A DNA stretch of 64,000 bases, from positions 19,592,001 to 19,656,000 of the forward strand of contig OX597826.1 in assembly GCA_951406725.2 (NCBI GenBank), written 5' to 3'. Positions 1 to 11,852 of this stretch are shown piece by piece. This DNA is from Octopus vulgaris. Lineage: Eukaryota. Position 1 is the first letter of the stretch. Every line of letters starts with the position of its first letter. The position numbers were made by a program, and so were the translations under genes. The notes beneath the pieces were generated by a model. The model was not told the DNA's origin. It did no database searches and was given only the letters and a program-made list of their open reading frames with translations.

Positions 1-862
1 GTGGACAGGACCCTGTATCTGGCGAAGAAAATTGATGCTGACGTCACTAGGAGAAGCATCCGGAAGGTGGTTGGGAGCTGCGACAGGTGTCAGTCCATCG
101 ACCCTGCTCCGTGTGGGCATGAACAGGGAAGCCTTTCGGTAGAGCAGAACTGGAAAAGGCTAGCTGTGGATGTGACACACTACCGCCAGGGAATGTACTT
201 CTCCATGGTCGACTGCGGGCCAGGCCGGCTGGCCATTTGGAGGGAGTTGAGAACGGACATTGCTGACGAGATCGCGCAGATCCTGAACGGGATATTTTTA
301 GAGAGAGGTCCTGTGGAAGAACTACTGATGGACAACGGGGCGGAGTTTCGTTCGGAAGCATTGAGGGTTATGCTTGATCGGTGGAAGGTCCGTCGCTTGT
401 TCAGAGCAGCGTATAGGCCGAGCGGTAACGGGATCGTCATCGGACAGTCAAGACCATAGCGGAAAGAGGGCACATTTCGCCGCTTGAAGCAGTTTTTTAG
501 TACAACTTGTCTCCCCATCCGGACAAGCTGAGGAACCTGTGCCGCAGAGAGCTGTATTTAAATATGAATGGAGGCACCCGAGCAAAGCGCCGGAGGGCCA
601 CGAGGAAGAGAAGGGACCCGTTTGCATGAAAATAGGGGAGGAAGTCTGGGTTAAGCCACCAAAGGCGCGCTGTACTTCTCATTGGAGCAGAGGAACGGTG
701 ACGGCAGTCAATTCTAGAAACAACGTCTCTGTGGATGGAATGCCGCGACACGTCTTGGACCTTCGCAAGATTGTCGCTTTGACGGACGACGATAGTGAAG
801 AGAGGAAGAACGAGGTACCCAGCTTGAGAAGATCTCGACGCGCAAGACGCCCTCCCGGTTAG
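1..862 (+). pseudogene. Gypsy LTR-retrotransposon integrase remnant (frameshifted, cut by window start)
   Basis: CxxC of the Zn finger (CDRC), rve core motifs LAVDVT, MVDCG, LLMDNGAEF and YRPSGNG, a frameshift near 437, and a C-terminal LRRSRRARRPP motif typical of Gypsy integrase ends. Confidence 0.9.
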
Positions 863-904
863 ATGGTGGACTACGACATGGAGTAGAGAGATTGTGATCT
901 TTAA

Positions 905-1070
905 GATCAGGGTGGCGTGTGGGATGACGTCAGCAGCTGGGGAGCTGATCGGAACTTGGGGTTGACCGGAAGGGGAAGCCGAGACGCGCGCGCAGCGAGC
1001 GGGCATTTCTGCCTTTCGAGCCAGGGTCGTCGAGGTGTTAAGACGGGTGATCACGTTGCTAAGGTTGGGT
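905..1070 (+). mobile_element. Polypurine-tract-like site and start of the Gypsy 3' LTR (end not resolved)
   Basis: GATCAGGGTGGCG is followed by TGTGGGATGACGTC at 918, just downstream of the integrase. The same junction recurs at 4421-4447. Confidence 0.7.
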
Positions 1071-1496
1071 GAAGCAGCTGCTATTTCTAGCATTCGGGTC
1101 GGGCTGTGTCGAAGGATCCGTTACCACTGAAGGGTGTCCATCTGAGCGAAGAGAAGGTAGGTGCCTTTATTTCGAATCTCTCGCACACACCACACCTGCA
1201 CATCACATTCCGGAACTCCTACCTCAAATACTATTGATAAAGATTAGCTATTTAAGGCCACTCTTTCCACAAAGCACTTGCATTTGCTCCTTACAGAAAG
1301 AATTCGCACTACAGATTATCACCCAACCTTGATGGAATAGCAGAATGCTTTCATTATGATTTCATTCGACAAACGCTCTGCGAGAGGATTCCTGCAGCTG
1401 GCAGCTTTCCTCAAAATTTGAACCTGACATATTTAAATCCGAAAACTAAAATCACAGACAGACAACAGCACTATATTTGGTAATACTGATTTATAA

Positions 1497-1925
1497 TTTT
1501 GGCACAAGGCCAGCAATTTCAGGGGACGGGTGAGTCAATTACATGTACCCCAGTGCTCAACTGGTACTTATTTTATCGACCCTGAAAGGATGAAAGGTAA
1601 AGACGGCCTTGGTGGAATTTGAACTCAGAACGTAAAGACAGGCGAAATGCATTTAGTCCGGCTTGCTACCATCTCACCGCCCTAACTATATTTGGTAATA
1701 TTTGTTTCGATTTTTGGCACCAGGCCAGCAATTTCTGGAAGTGGGTAAGTCGATTACATCGACCACAGTGCTCAGCTGATACTAATAATATAATTAGTAC
1801 TCAACTGGTACTATATAAGTATATTATCGGCCCCGAAAGGAGGGAAGCAAAGTCAGACAAAATCAGGCAAAGTGGACCTCGGCGGAATTTGAACTCAGAA
1901 CGTTAAATCCGGTGAAATACCGTTC
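1497..1925 (-). mobile_element. Two tandem copies of a tRNA-derived SINE
   Basis: About 1497-1685 and 1709-1925 are mutually similar (tttggcacaaggccagcaatttc...cagtgctca...ggaatttgaactcagaacgt). Each has a B-box-like GAGTTCAAATTCC on the minus strand. Confidence 0.7.
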
Positions 1926-2074
1926 GGACGAACGGGAACGTGAAACTTTGAGTAACAGTTTCGTGAAGCTTTTACAGCTCTAATGAAAGCATATTACTCT
2001 CCCTTAGGTATTCGAGTACTATTTTTCCATCTTGTTTTGCATTTATGTGCTTTCTTGCGTGTATCTATTTAGAT

Positions 2075-2140
2075 CAGGGTTCTCCAACTCGCGGCCCGCG
2101 GGCTGCATGCGACCCGCGAAGCGATTTTCTGCGGCCCGCT
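2075..2140 (+). mobile_element. hAT (Charlie-like) transposon terminus
   Basis: CAGGGTTCTCCAACTCGCGGCCCGCGGGCTGCATGCGACCC with repeated GCGGCCCG subterminal motifs, preceded by TTTAGAT. Confidence 0.7.
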
Positions 2141-2172
2141 ATCTACAAGGAGAAAAGAATTATATACATACA

Positions 2173-2257
<85 letters not shown>

Positions 2258-2260
<3 letters not shown>

Positions 2261-3190
2261 CTTGGAAAAGGATGCGTGGTGTTCGATCATATAATAATAT
2301 AAATAATATATAAATATATGCTTATATACATACATATATGTACATACCTACATATATATGTATATATACATGCATATATGGGTACAGGGCATCAAAAGAA
2401 AAAAAAACGTTGAAGACAATGAGAAATGAAAGCATAAAAACAAAAACATAGAAACGATCTTATTTTCAAACAACGAAAAAAAAAAAAAAAAAACAGAGTA
2501 CCAGACATACAACACAAGGAATATTGCCCTTCTTCAGTTGTCCCTGTTTCATCTTACTCCTCCTCCTCGACTCTCTCGTCACTGACACGTGATCAGAGGG
2601 AAGCAATCTTTCCAACTGCTATCTTCACCAAGACCAGACCGCTTATTCTGTCTCTCTCATAAACTGTCTCCTTAAGCATTCAAAATAATTTTTCCATCGT
2701 CTTGGCTTAACAACCCTCATCGTTTGTTTTTATTGTTTTATTTTCGTTGTTCTGTCTTTTACTGTTTTTACTTTTTTATTGTTTTTACTGTCTTGTTTTG
2801 TTCTTACTGTCCTGTTGTTACCACTTTTACCCTCCGCAAAAAATCCCAAATTTATTTAATTTGCTTTGCGGGTAGGACTGTTTCAATGAAGTAGCGTCTT
2901 GTCCTTACTTTCGTAACGCAGAGTAGATGAAACAGGGACAACTGAAGAAGGGGAATATTCCTTGTGTTGTATGTCTTGTACTCAGTTTTTTCGTCTCTTT
3001 GAAAAAAGTTCGTTTCCATGTTTTTGTTTTTATGTTTTCGTTTCTCATTGTGTTCAACGTTTTTTTGATGTCCTGTACCCATATATGCATGTATATATAT
3101 GTAGGTATGTACATATATGTATGTATAGATGCATATAGTTATATATTATTTATATTATTATATGATCGAACGCCACGCATCCTTTTCCAA

Positions 3191-3193
<3 letters not shown>
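2258..3193. repeat. ~290-bp inverted repeat pair around a ~360-bp spacer, inside a (TA)n array
   Basis: 2258-2558 is the reverse complement of 2920-3193 (cttggaaaaggatgcgtgg...ccacgcatccttttccaag). (TA)n flanks both sides. Confidence 0.85.
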
Positions 3194-3257
<64 letters not shown>

Positions 3258-3354
3258 ATCCAAACATAAAAACACAAAGAGAAAACACAACAACGCGAGG
3301 ACATGGAACAAATATAGTATTATTGGACGCTCAGGAAAGAAGGAAAGAAGGGGG

Positions 3355-3389
3355 GTTTAATGTTTCGAGCGGAGCTCTTCGTCAGAAAC
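3355..3389 (-). ncRNA. Minimal type I hammerhead ribozyme motif (C3:G8 core, stem III decayed)
   Basis: Minus strand reads GUUU-CUGACGA-A-GAGC-ucc-GCUC-GAAA-CA-UU-AAAC. Homologous to 26723-26760. Confidence 0.6.
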
Positions 3390-4283
3390 ATAGGAAAAGC
3401 ATAGACCAAAATAATAGTGTTCAAACTGTAAATTTTCACGTGATGGTCAACCATGGCTAAAGCCTATCCAAAACCTTATGTTTATATATTATTTATATAT
3501 AATATAATACGGCAGGGAAATTTTTTCTTTTTGGGGGTGGGGTGGGGGGTTGAATATTTCTGTACAAATATCCAGAAGCATTTATGGCTCGTATAGAGGC
3601 TCACCTTTCATATAATGTATCTAGTAAGAATGAAGAAATTTAGTGTTGATCTCATTTCTGAGATAATCTCGTCAGTTTCGAATCCAGCCTCTGTGCTAAA
3701 TTATAGTTTATTGTTGTAGAGAGTATGGGCAATGGATAATTCATAAGTGGTTTCTATTGGTGAATGAGTATGTTATATTGACAATAACAATTTGTAGAAT
3801 TAACATTGTGAGGGTATTAATGTTAGAGATGTGCAAATGTTTTTTCTTGGTATTTGTGGTGGTAGCTTTCTATGCCACTTTTGTCATGTTTAATTGTATA
3901 ATTATTGCTCAAATTTCTAGTCGGATTCCATATGCCAAAAGTTAAGTTCTCATTACTTCTCTATATTACCGACAATATATCGAGGGAACCTCTACTTCGT
4001 CGATTGAACAACTAGTATTAGCTACCAAATCTTCACTTTACACCCGAACACCTTTAAAATGCTGTCCAGGAGATTTTCTGTCAGACAATAAAAAAAAAAA
4101 TACGGATGGGATTAGTGGCTGGTTACTCTATTATATACGTCTGATAAGCCTGCTTAGTCCAGAAATTCACAAAGTATTTATAACATCTTCAACTAAAAGA
4201 AAATCACTTCACGAACTATTCCAACTATCATTAGCAAAGTTTTGAATACATTGCTCGCTAGTCACGTATAAGCAAAATGCTCA

Positions 4284-4454
4284 GGATTGTCGCTTCGACG
4301 GACGACGATTGTGAAGAGGGGGAGAACGAGGTGCCCAGCTTGAGAAGATCTCGACGCGCAAGGCGCCCTCCCGGTTGGATGGTGGACTACGACATGGAGT
4401 AGAGAGATTGTGATCTTTAAGATCAGGGTAGCGTGTGGGATGACGTCCCCAACA
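4284..4454 (+). mobile_element. Second Gypsy 3' fragment ending in a collapsed LTR
   Basis: Near-identical to about 768-931 and ends in TGTGGGATGACGTCCCCAACA. Confidence 0.85.
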
Positions 4455-4771
4455 AATAACACAAACGCTACAGACTACTCTCCAGACTAATGAGTGCTTT
4501 AACACAATACCGTTTCACTAATGCCTTTTGAATGTTGATGGCTTTCCTGCACCTCCTTATAATACATACCCAACCACAGCAGCTCGTCAGTTTCCACTTA
4601 TTTATAGACTCCCTGCGGTTGACTTGTGATTTCTTGAGCTTTCTCTTGCCTGCTCTGTAACTCAGTAGGCTAAGCTACCACTACACTACTAGAAACCTCT
4701 CTATGTCACCCTAGATGCACTTCTACTACACTTCTGCAATCTCAGACTACAAATACCGCAGCACATACCAT

Positions 4772-5729
4772 TGTAGAGCGACCGTGCGTAAAGGAGATGG
4801 TGACAAATGTCTCCTTTTTGAACGCCGCACAGTCGCCTTACAAAAGAAACCAAAATAAGTGCCAAAAAGAATAAGGAAAAAACACAACCGTATAATGTAT
4901 AAAAGAAAAGACTTTATTTAAATATGTTTGTGTCTTAAGAGTGTCTGTTTACGTGTGTACACTATAAGTAACAATACAGAGCATAAAAAGAGTGTCCAGA
5001 CACAAATGGAGAGAATTACTAGTTCGTAGTAATATACACAATAGCAGAGGTTCTGTAACAGAGAAGTTGAGGCAACAAAGTGGAGAGCCGGTTACTACGC
5101 ATGTAGAGGTTGCGGCTTCTATCCTATGCAGGGTTACTTGTTACAGAAGATTCTCGCAAGCAGGCTAGCTGTTAACCTTGGTGAGTATTCACAAGCAGCG
5201 TTACTTGTTACAGAAGATTCTCGCAAGCAGGCTAGCTGTTAACCTTGGTGAGTATTCACAAACAGCGTGAAGTTCAAACCTGGTCGATGTTGATGTGTAC
5301 ATATTGTTGAAGTCGACGGTGGTGATGGTGACGGTGGGAAAAGGTCCTGAAATGCTGCGATGGTGTTGTTGTTGCTGAGACATGGCTGAGTCGCTCGAAC
5401 ATGGTTGAGTCGCTCGAACTGGCTGGCTGTCGCTGGATGCTCTGTGGTCAATGGTCTAGAACCAAAAGACAAGCGATTCAATCGATCGCTGGGTTTTATA
5501 ACAATCTAGAGGCCCCAGAAGAAAACCTGGAGGACTGTGTCACGGGGCCTTATCTGAAGGTTGCGATTGGTTGGTTTACACACTGACGCGATAAAACTGC
5601 ACCAAAACCAACCAATCAGAGCAGCGGACACAACTGGGCCAAAGCAACCGAAGGATGGCTGTTATCTACCACGACGTTATTTGTATGATATCTCTCAAAG
5701 AGGGATAATGTATTTCACTAAGCGCTACA
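4772..5729 (-). mobile_element. Solo LTR with 4-bp TSD
   Basis: Minus strand runs TGTAGCG...CGCTCTACA. CCAT lies on both sides (4768-4771, 5730-5733). TATAAAA and AATAAA occur on the minus strand. A related copy starts at 10424. Confidence 0.8.
5133..5268. repeat. 67-bp tandem duplication within the solo LTR
   Basis: gttacttgttacagaagattctcgc...agcg starts at both 5133 and 5200. Confidence 0.9.
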
Positions 5730-5776
5730 CCATTATCACTTGACTAGATAGAGATCCCCACCATACGACTAGAACC

Positions 5777-5915
5777 AGAGGTGGGCACCGTTAATCGAAA
5801 ATTTAACTTCGTTATTTAATCCGTCAACCAAAAAGTTAACTTCGTTAATCGTTAATCTGTTAATTCTTTGAAAATGTAACGGAAGTTAACGTTAATCCAT
5901 TAATGTTAACTTTTA
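5777..5915 (+). mobile_element. hAT-like terminus with GTTAA subterminal repeats
   Basis: CAGAGGTGGGCA followed by many (C)GTTAA(C/T) motifs. Confidence 0.55.
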
Positions 5916-7899
5916 TTGAAAAGGCATAACTACAGTTTAATACCCCACTCACTTTGTTGCTTTATAACTTCCAGAAAAACGATACTTATTAACGAAACGT
6001 TCACTAAATAGTTGCTTATATCCTGTAAATTAAGAGTATGTAAAGATTTGTTGGAAAAAATTTCCGAGGGGTTGGGGAGAGGAGTTTCGGAAAATTCACC
6101 AGGACCCGACATTTCCCCACCTCATAACTTTCTGGAAAATAGGTATTTTTTAATGAAATTTTATACAAATACCTTCTAAACGGTGTAGAATTTTGTAGGC
6201 AGAATTTTTGGTGGGGGGAGTTTATGGAGTTTCGGATCAGATGGGCCACATAAACTGGACGGGGATTTTTTTCAAAGTTTTTCACCAAAGTCTTCAGAAT
6301 GAAGGGAAACATCTTTTCAGGGAAAAAAATCTTTAAATTTTTTTTCTCACTCCCGCAACCAACTTACCACCTCAGTCCGAAACGATTTTGGCCACATTTT
6401 TTTTTCAGTACGCAGTTAAAACCCGTGAGAGAAACATAAAAAAAAATTGTTAATATTTTCAGAGGAAAATGTGCAATTTAAGGGAGATTTGACTGTTGTT
6501 TCTAGCACATTCCAAAACCTCCTTTCTCGTTTCTTTCTCATTCACACTTCTATTGATATTTTTCAATATTTTTCTTCCCATAAACAAATTTTCTGGAATG
6601 ATGGTATCAAAGTAACATAGTGTAGTCTCATCCAAGCGAGGCCGTGTTATGTGTGCGTGTAAGATAAAAAAAAAACCCACCTAAAAACATCTTTAGTGTT
6701 CATATTAATCTGTCAAATGTAATGACCATTTGTTCACGTTGTTTGGAATTATTCAGGTTCAAGAGGGGTGTCCACAATATTTACTTGTAACTTGGTAAAT
6801 TTTTACATACTTGCCAGTGGTTAATAGTTATGTAATTTTAGCTGATCCCGCTGAGTAAATTTGACTTTTATGGGCAGATGAATTTAATTAACAGGTGTAA
6901 AAGCAATAACATTATGGATAAACACTAAAATTGAAATTCTTAATGCATTTTACCTGTTTGATTTGTAACTAAAATTATCTCAGGTCGCAACCGACAAAAA
7001 GTTTGCAACTTTTCCAGATGAAGCACATCAATTTGAATTAATTAAAATACAGATATAATCGGTACAAGATATTTTCTTTCAGTAAATACTTCTTACCTCG
7101 GTGTGGAATAATTTTTTTCCACAGTTTTTTCGAGTGCAATCAACGTATCTGACCTCCAAACCCACCGCAAACCACGTTTTTCCGGAAAAGAAAGGTGGGA
7201 GTTTTATTTCATGAGTCTTTTTTCCCTTTCCAGTCTATTTTGCATGCTTTCAACGAATGTGACATCGAAATCACGCATAAGCGCTTCCTTTTCCAGAAAA
7301 GGAAAGATTTGGCTGTTATTTCTAACATGCCCTGCTACCATGTAACAGCTGCTTGCGTTCACACAGAAATATTTACCAACGTTTTTCCTTCCATTTATTT
7401 TTTCCACTTTATGGAAGTCAATATTTTCTCCGTTGACATTCACGTCAGCGAGTTCACGGATCAAGTGGAAACATCAATCACTGTTCCCTTTTGATAGGAG
7501 AAAGAAATTTTCCGCTATCTTTGCAAGCAATAAGTGGGTGGATTTGGTTTCAAATCCAGGCAGGACCGAACGAGGTCCTACAAGTTATTTATAATAATAA
7601 TTGGCGTTATATCAGGGTTGAAAGAATGATGCGTACAATATTAAATATGCTACCGGTTTTTCGGAAATTTAGGGTTAAAATCTTCTTAAAATCTTCACTT
7701 CGCTCTCACTACAACCATCATTCCCTTTTACAGCCACTGTGTTATCATTGAAGCTATAACTCCAATCACTATTCACAACTATGATAACGACATTGCAGTT
7801 ACTTTTGTATCGAACTTCGTGTGTGTGAATATCTATTCATGTACTTTCGGGGTACAAGAAAGCAATCACTCACTAGCCGTTGCTTTAATAATCCAGAAT

Positions 7900-8400
7900 C
7901 TCTACCCGTCAGAAACAACAAGACGCAGACGTAAAATATATATATACTACTTTATTCTCTTTCTTGGTAACAATAACAATAAGTGTGTTATCTGATGTCC
8001 TTGGTTCTGGGCGCGCAAGGCTGAAAGTTAATCGATTGTAATATTTACAATGTTCAGCCGACCAAAACAGAAACGGATTCAAGATGGCGTCGAACAATGG
8101 AGACGATGTTGATCTGCAACAATTTTGGTTAAAGGCCTTTGGTAAGGACTGCTAGAATCAGTTCGAACGGAGAGAAAATATTAACGTCCTGCTCCTTAGG
8201 TCGCTGCTGTCCCAAGTCGCCGCTGCTGCTGCTAGCGGTCAAACGTTCTACGATCCCCCTGCCTTGGCCAGGGTCGTGCTTCCGGTGGTTCGCGCATGCG
8301 CGAGAGGGCCCTTCCTTTCTCTGCCTTGGTAAAGGCACCAACACGCGCGAAATACAAATGGACGGTGCGCGAGCGCGCACCGTTATAGGGTCACTACACT
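7900..8400. promoter_or_regulatory. CpG-rich promoter / first-exon region
   Basis: Repeat-free and CpG-rich relative to its surroundings, with a YY1-type CAAGATGGCG (8080-8089) over the ATG and an NRF1-type palindrome GCGCATGCGC (8292-8301). Confidence 0.65.
8084..8141 (+). CDS. Probable first coding exon of an unidentified gene (MASNNGDDVDLQQFWLKAF, phase 1)
   Basis: aagATGG Kozak context, 19 codons plus 1 nt, then a strong donor G|GTAAGG. Confidence 0.65.
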
Positions 8401-9180
8401 TTCATGCTACTAAATCTCCCACCACCTTTAACTTATAACAACAAAACAACCAACACACCTACGGCCATCATAGTATCTCTGTTGACACCACCACATTTCC
8501 ACGGTAACCACTTTTCCATTTGTAGATAAAAAGGATTCTTTGTACTGAGCCATGATCAGTTTGATCAGCAAGGACAAGAAATGGACCGCCGTCTTGACGG
8601 TTAATGTAAACTCCCTTCCATCGTAATATCGAACGCTATTTTTTGCAGAAAATTAATGTTAATGGTAAAATAATGACCATGAATTATTGTAACTGCCCCG
8701 CTCAATTCCTCTTGTTTCAGCTGACATTCTACCGTATTCGTAGCGGACCATTATAGAAATATCAGTCTGGAAAGTTGAGAAGAAATGAGTCATTTCCTAA
8801 ATTAAGACACAATTATACTTTCTCTCTAATTATCTTATCAGATTTAGGAAAACGGTAATATTGCACTAGCACTGAAGCAATGTATTTCGCTTTATGTTTT
8901 TTTTTTCTTTTTTGTCGTTGAGTTTGATTTTGTTCTTCTTCCAACATTGGGAATTTATATAATATAGTTAGAGCAGTGTCGAAATTAATTCGTTTAGTGA
9001 GAACAACAATGTCTGTCCTGAAGAACTATAAAATACTGATATAATAATGATTGAACCGTGATTACAAAACGGTGAATTTGTCTTAACTGCTCTGTACACA
9101 CACACACACACACTCACACACACACGCACGCATGCACGCACGCATGCACACGTACATATATAAAACTAAACACAAATCTG

Positions 9181-9768
9181 CATACATACATACATACATA
9201 CATACATACATACATACATACATGCACAAATGCAGACATACATACCCTGTTGATGTAGGAATTTCAATGAAGGAGCCTTGGGTCTAGGTGAGAAACCAGT
9301 TCTTTTTCCATTGGCAAGAAATATTGAAATAAAGCTGAACAATGATATACATACATACATGCATGCATCCATCTATCCATCCATCCATCCATCCATCCAT
9401 CCATCCATCCATCCATACATCAATACATACATACATCAATACATCCATCCATCCGTACATCCATCCATCCATCCATCCATACATACATACATACATACAT
9501 GCATCAATGCATGCATACATACATACATACATCAATACATACATCAATACTTACATACATACATACATGCATACATGCATGCATGCATACATACATCCAT
9601 ACATACATCATCATACATACATACATACATACATACATACATACATACATACATACATACATACATACATACATGCATACATACATACATACATACATAC
9701 ATACATACATACATACATACATACATACATACATACACACACACACATACATACATACATACATACAT

Positions 9769-9799
<31 letters not shown>

Positions 9800-9865
9800 T
9801 ACATACATACATACATACATACATACATACATACATACATACATACATACATACATACATACATA
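9181..9865. repeat. (CATA)n/(CATC)n compound microsatellite
   Basis: Read directly from the sequence. Confidence 0.95.
9247..9345 (+). mobile_element. 5'-truncated 3' end of the R4/Dong-like LINE, inside (CATA)n
   Basis: Similar to the reverse complement of 13528-13628 (caatgaagga...agaaacc...attggcaaga...tgaaataa). Confidence 0.7.
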
Positions 9866-10423
9866 CGTGTACGGAACTATTTCATTTACTCCAAATTAGG
9901 GAATTTTCTCAGCTGACCATTTATTGAAAGCCGCCCAACTCAGAAATTGTTTGGAGTGGCATTAGAAGTGTCTGATGATGACTTTATTTATTCAGTGGAA
10001 AAAGGTGGTGTAAATAGTCATTACTTCATATCATTTATGATATTTGTTGAAACTTAATTATGCTTTTAAAACCTATTAATCCCTGCGTTATTCCAAACTG
10101 AAGCAGTTCTGAAGGAACTTGAAATCCTTCTACTTCTTAACTTTCTGGCCATCAAACTTTGCTGCGCATCGTTGAATTTCTCTTGGTTCTTAGTAGACTA
10201 AACCTAAAGAAGATAGCTTATAAACGAACGAACATGATGAATGCCATGTACTTCAGAATTTGTATCCATTTTTGATAGTTATGTATCAAAAAGAATTTCC
10301 AATGAAATCGAGAGAATCATTTTCGCAGTTTTTATAGTAGCACTTGCTTTTGAAAACTGAAGACAAACCGACTTACAAAGCAGGCAAAAAGTCCTTGTCA
10401 TCAGAACATCAGGATAAATGGAT

Positions 10424-10660
10424 TGTAGCGTAACTGATATCCTCACTGTTTGAGAGACATATTAGAAATGATCTCGTGCTAGATAACAACCATATTTGGT
10501 AATTTGACTCTATTGTGTCCACTGCTCTGATTGGTTGGCATTTGGTGCAGTTTGTCTTTTGACTTATTTCGCGCCAGTGTATAAGCCAACCAATCACGAT
10601 CTTCATTCCGGCTATATCGCGATGTATAAAGGATACGTGCAGCATCCTCAATTGATCGAA
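10424..10660 (+). mobile_element. Partial LTR related to 4772-5729
   Basis: Starts TGTAGCG and shares tgtgtcc(a/g)ctgctctgattggttgg...tttggtgcag...ccaaccaatc with the reverse complement of 5560-5729. Confidence 0.7.
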
Positions 10661-11166
10661 AGCATATCTGGTGACACACGACTAAACAATATAGCAATAC
10701 TAAATAATGAACGATAGTATCCCATCATGTTTTTTGGAAAAATATTCACAAAATAATTGATAGTTTTTTTTCTTCTGCCAACAAAGGCAAAAACATCTCT
10801 TTCAAGATCCATATAGTGTCATTTGTGTTCATAGTTTTTTCGTTTATATCTAAATAAAATTGCATGGGAGTCGACTGTTCTGCTTCCTTAACACGTCCAT
10901 GGGTATCATTAATATTTACTAAATTGTACATGTTACATGGGAAATAAATGCACAAATACTTGACATAGTGCATCGTACTTGGTTTGTTTACTCAGAGTTT
11001 ACTTGGTTTGTTTACTGAGAACTAAATAGAAAAAAAAAACTATGTGAAAGAAAAAACACGGAAAGGAAGAACACGTAAATATATGTATATGTATGGATAC
11101 GTATATGTATGTATATGTATGAGCATGTATGTATCTAAATGTGTGTATCGTGATGTACTGGTTTTC

Positions 11167-11826
11167 TGTAGTAGTTGTGTTGGGTTACCGGCAGCGTGTA
11201 AATGATGAACAACAGTATGCCAACATACTTGTGAACAATTAACAGAAGTTTTATTCATTGCACATAGTATTCTCCATATTGGTATTCCACTGATGAATAC
11301 AAAAATAATTTACATACATAGAAATAGATAAACTCTTCAGTTATGACAAAATAGCTCTGTGACTACGCTATCACGACTGGAGAAATATCAGGCTAAATTC
11401 ATGGCGGCATATCTGTAGATTCCATCTGTTCGGCTGAATATGAAGTTGGTAAAACAACTGTTGGCATGTTGGAAAATGGAAATCTGACGATGTAATTACT
11501 AAAGCAACTCTTTGGCATTCGGTACCTGTAACTGCTGGTGAATAAAATGAGAATGAAGTTTTCACCGCAACTGGCTCGACATTTTACAATTGCGTGGGCC
11601 GTCTGGCTCTAGCCAGTGGAGGCGCATCTCGCACAGCTGCCTTCGACACTCTGCAAAGAATTTGACGCTAAAAGTGGTTTTATAAAAGGTACAAAGAAGA
11701 TCTAGAAAGCTGAGTCACGTGATGGGTTGATGCTGATTGGTCGACCACATGACACATGACACTTACTAAGCCGTGACACTTAGACGGAAATTCAGCGATT
11801 CAGTTTCGAATCACGAATCTACTACA
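11167..11826 (-). mobile_element. Probable solo LTR
   Basis: 8-bp terminal inverted repeat TGTAGTAG...CTACTACA, with TATAAAA and AATAAA in LTR order on the minus strand. No matching TSD seen. Confidence 0.5.
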
Positions 11827-11852
11827 TATGTGTGTTATAGATATTACTGTAT

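Noticed and set aside
1950-1999. GAGTAA...GAAAGCATA-TTACTC stem I-like closure
   Set aside because: No recognisable core after the 5' stem.
6975-7020. CAG-GTCG-caac-CGAC-AAAAAGTT...AACTTTT resembling the G3:C8 family
   Set aside because: G12 and most of the core are absent and the register is ambiguous.
7204-7464. 86-aa minus-strand ORF
   Set aside because: TTG start, no recognisable domain, and it stops before the 7097 donor.
8721-9970. Acceptors at 8720 and 9912 as second exons of the 8084 gene
   Set aside because: Both hit in-frame stops soon after a phase-1 join.
10357-10405. CTGAAGA / CTGATGA motifs on opposite strands
   Set aside because: They form a simple inverted repeat with no GAAA or stem III.
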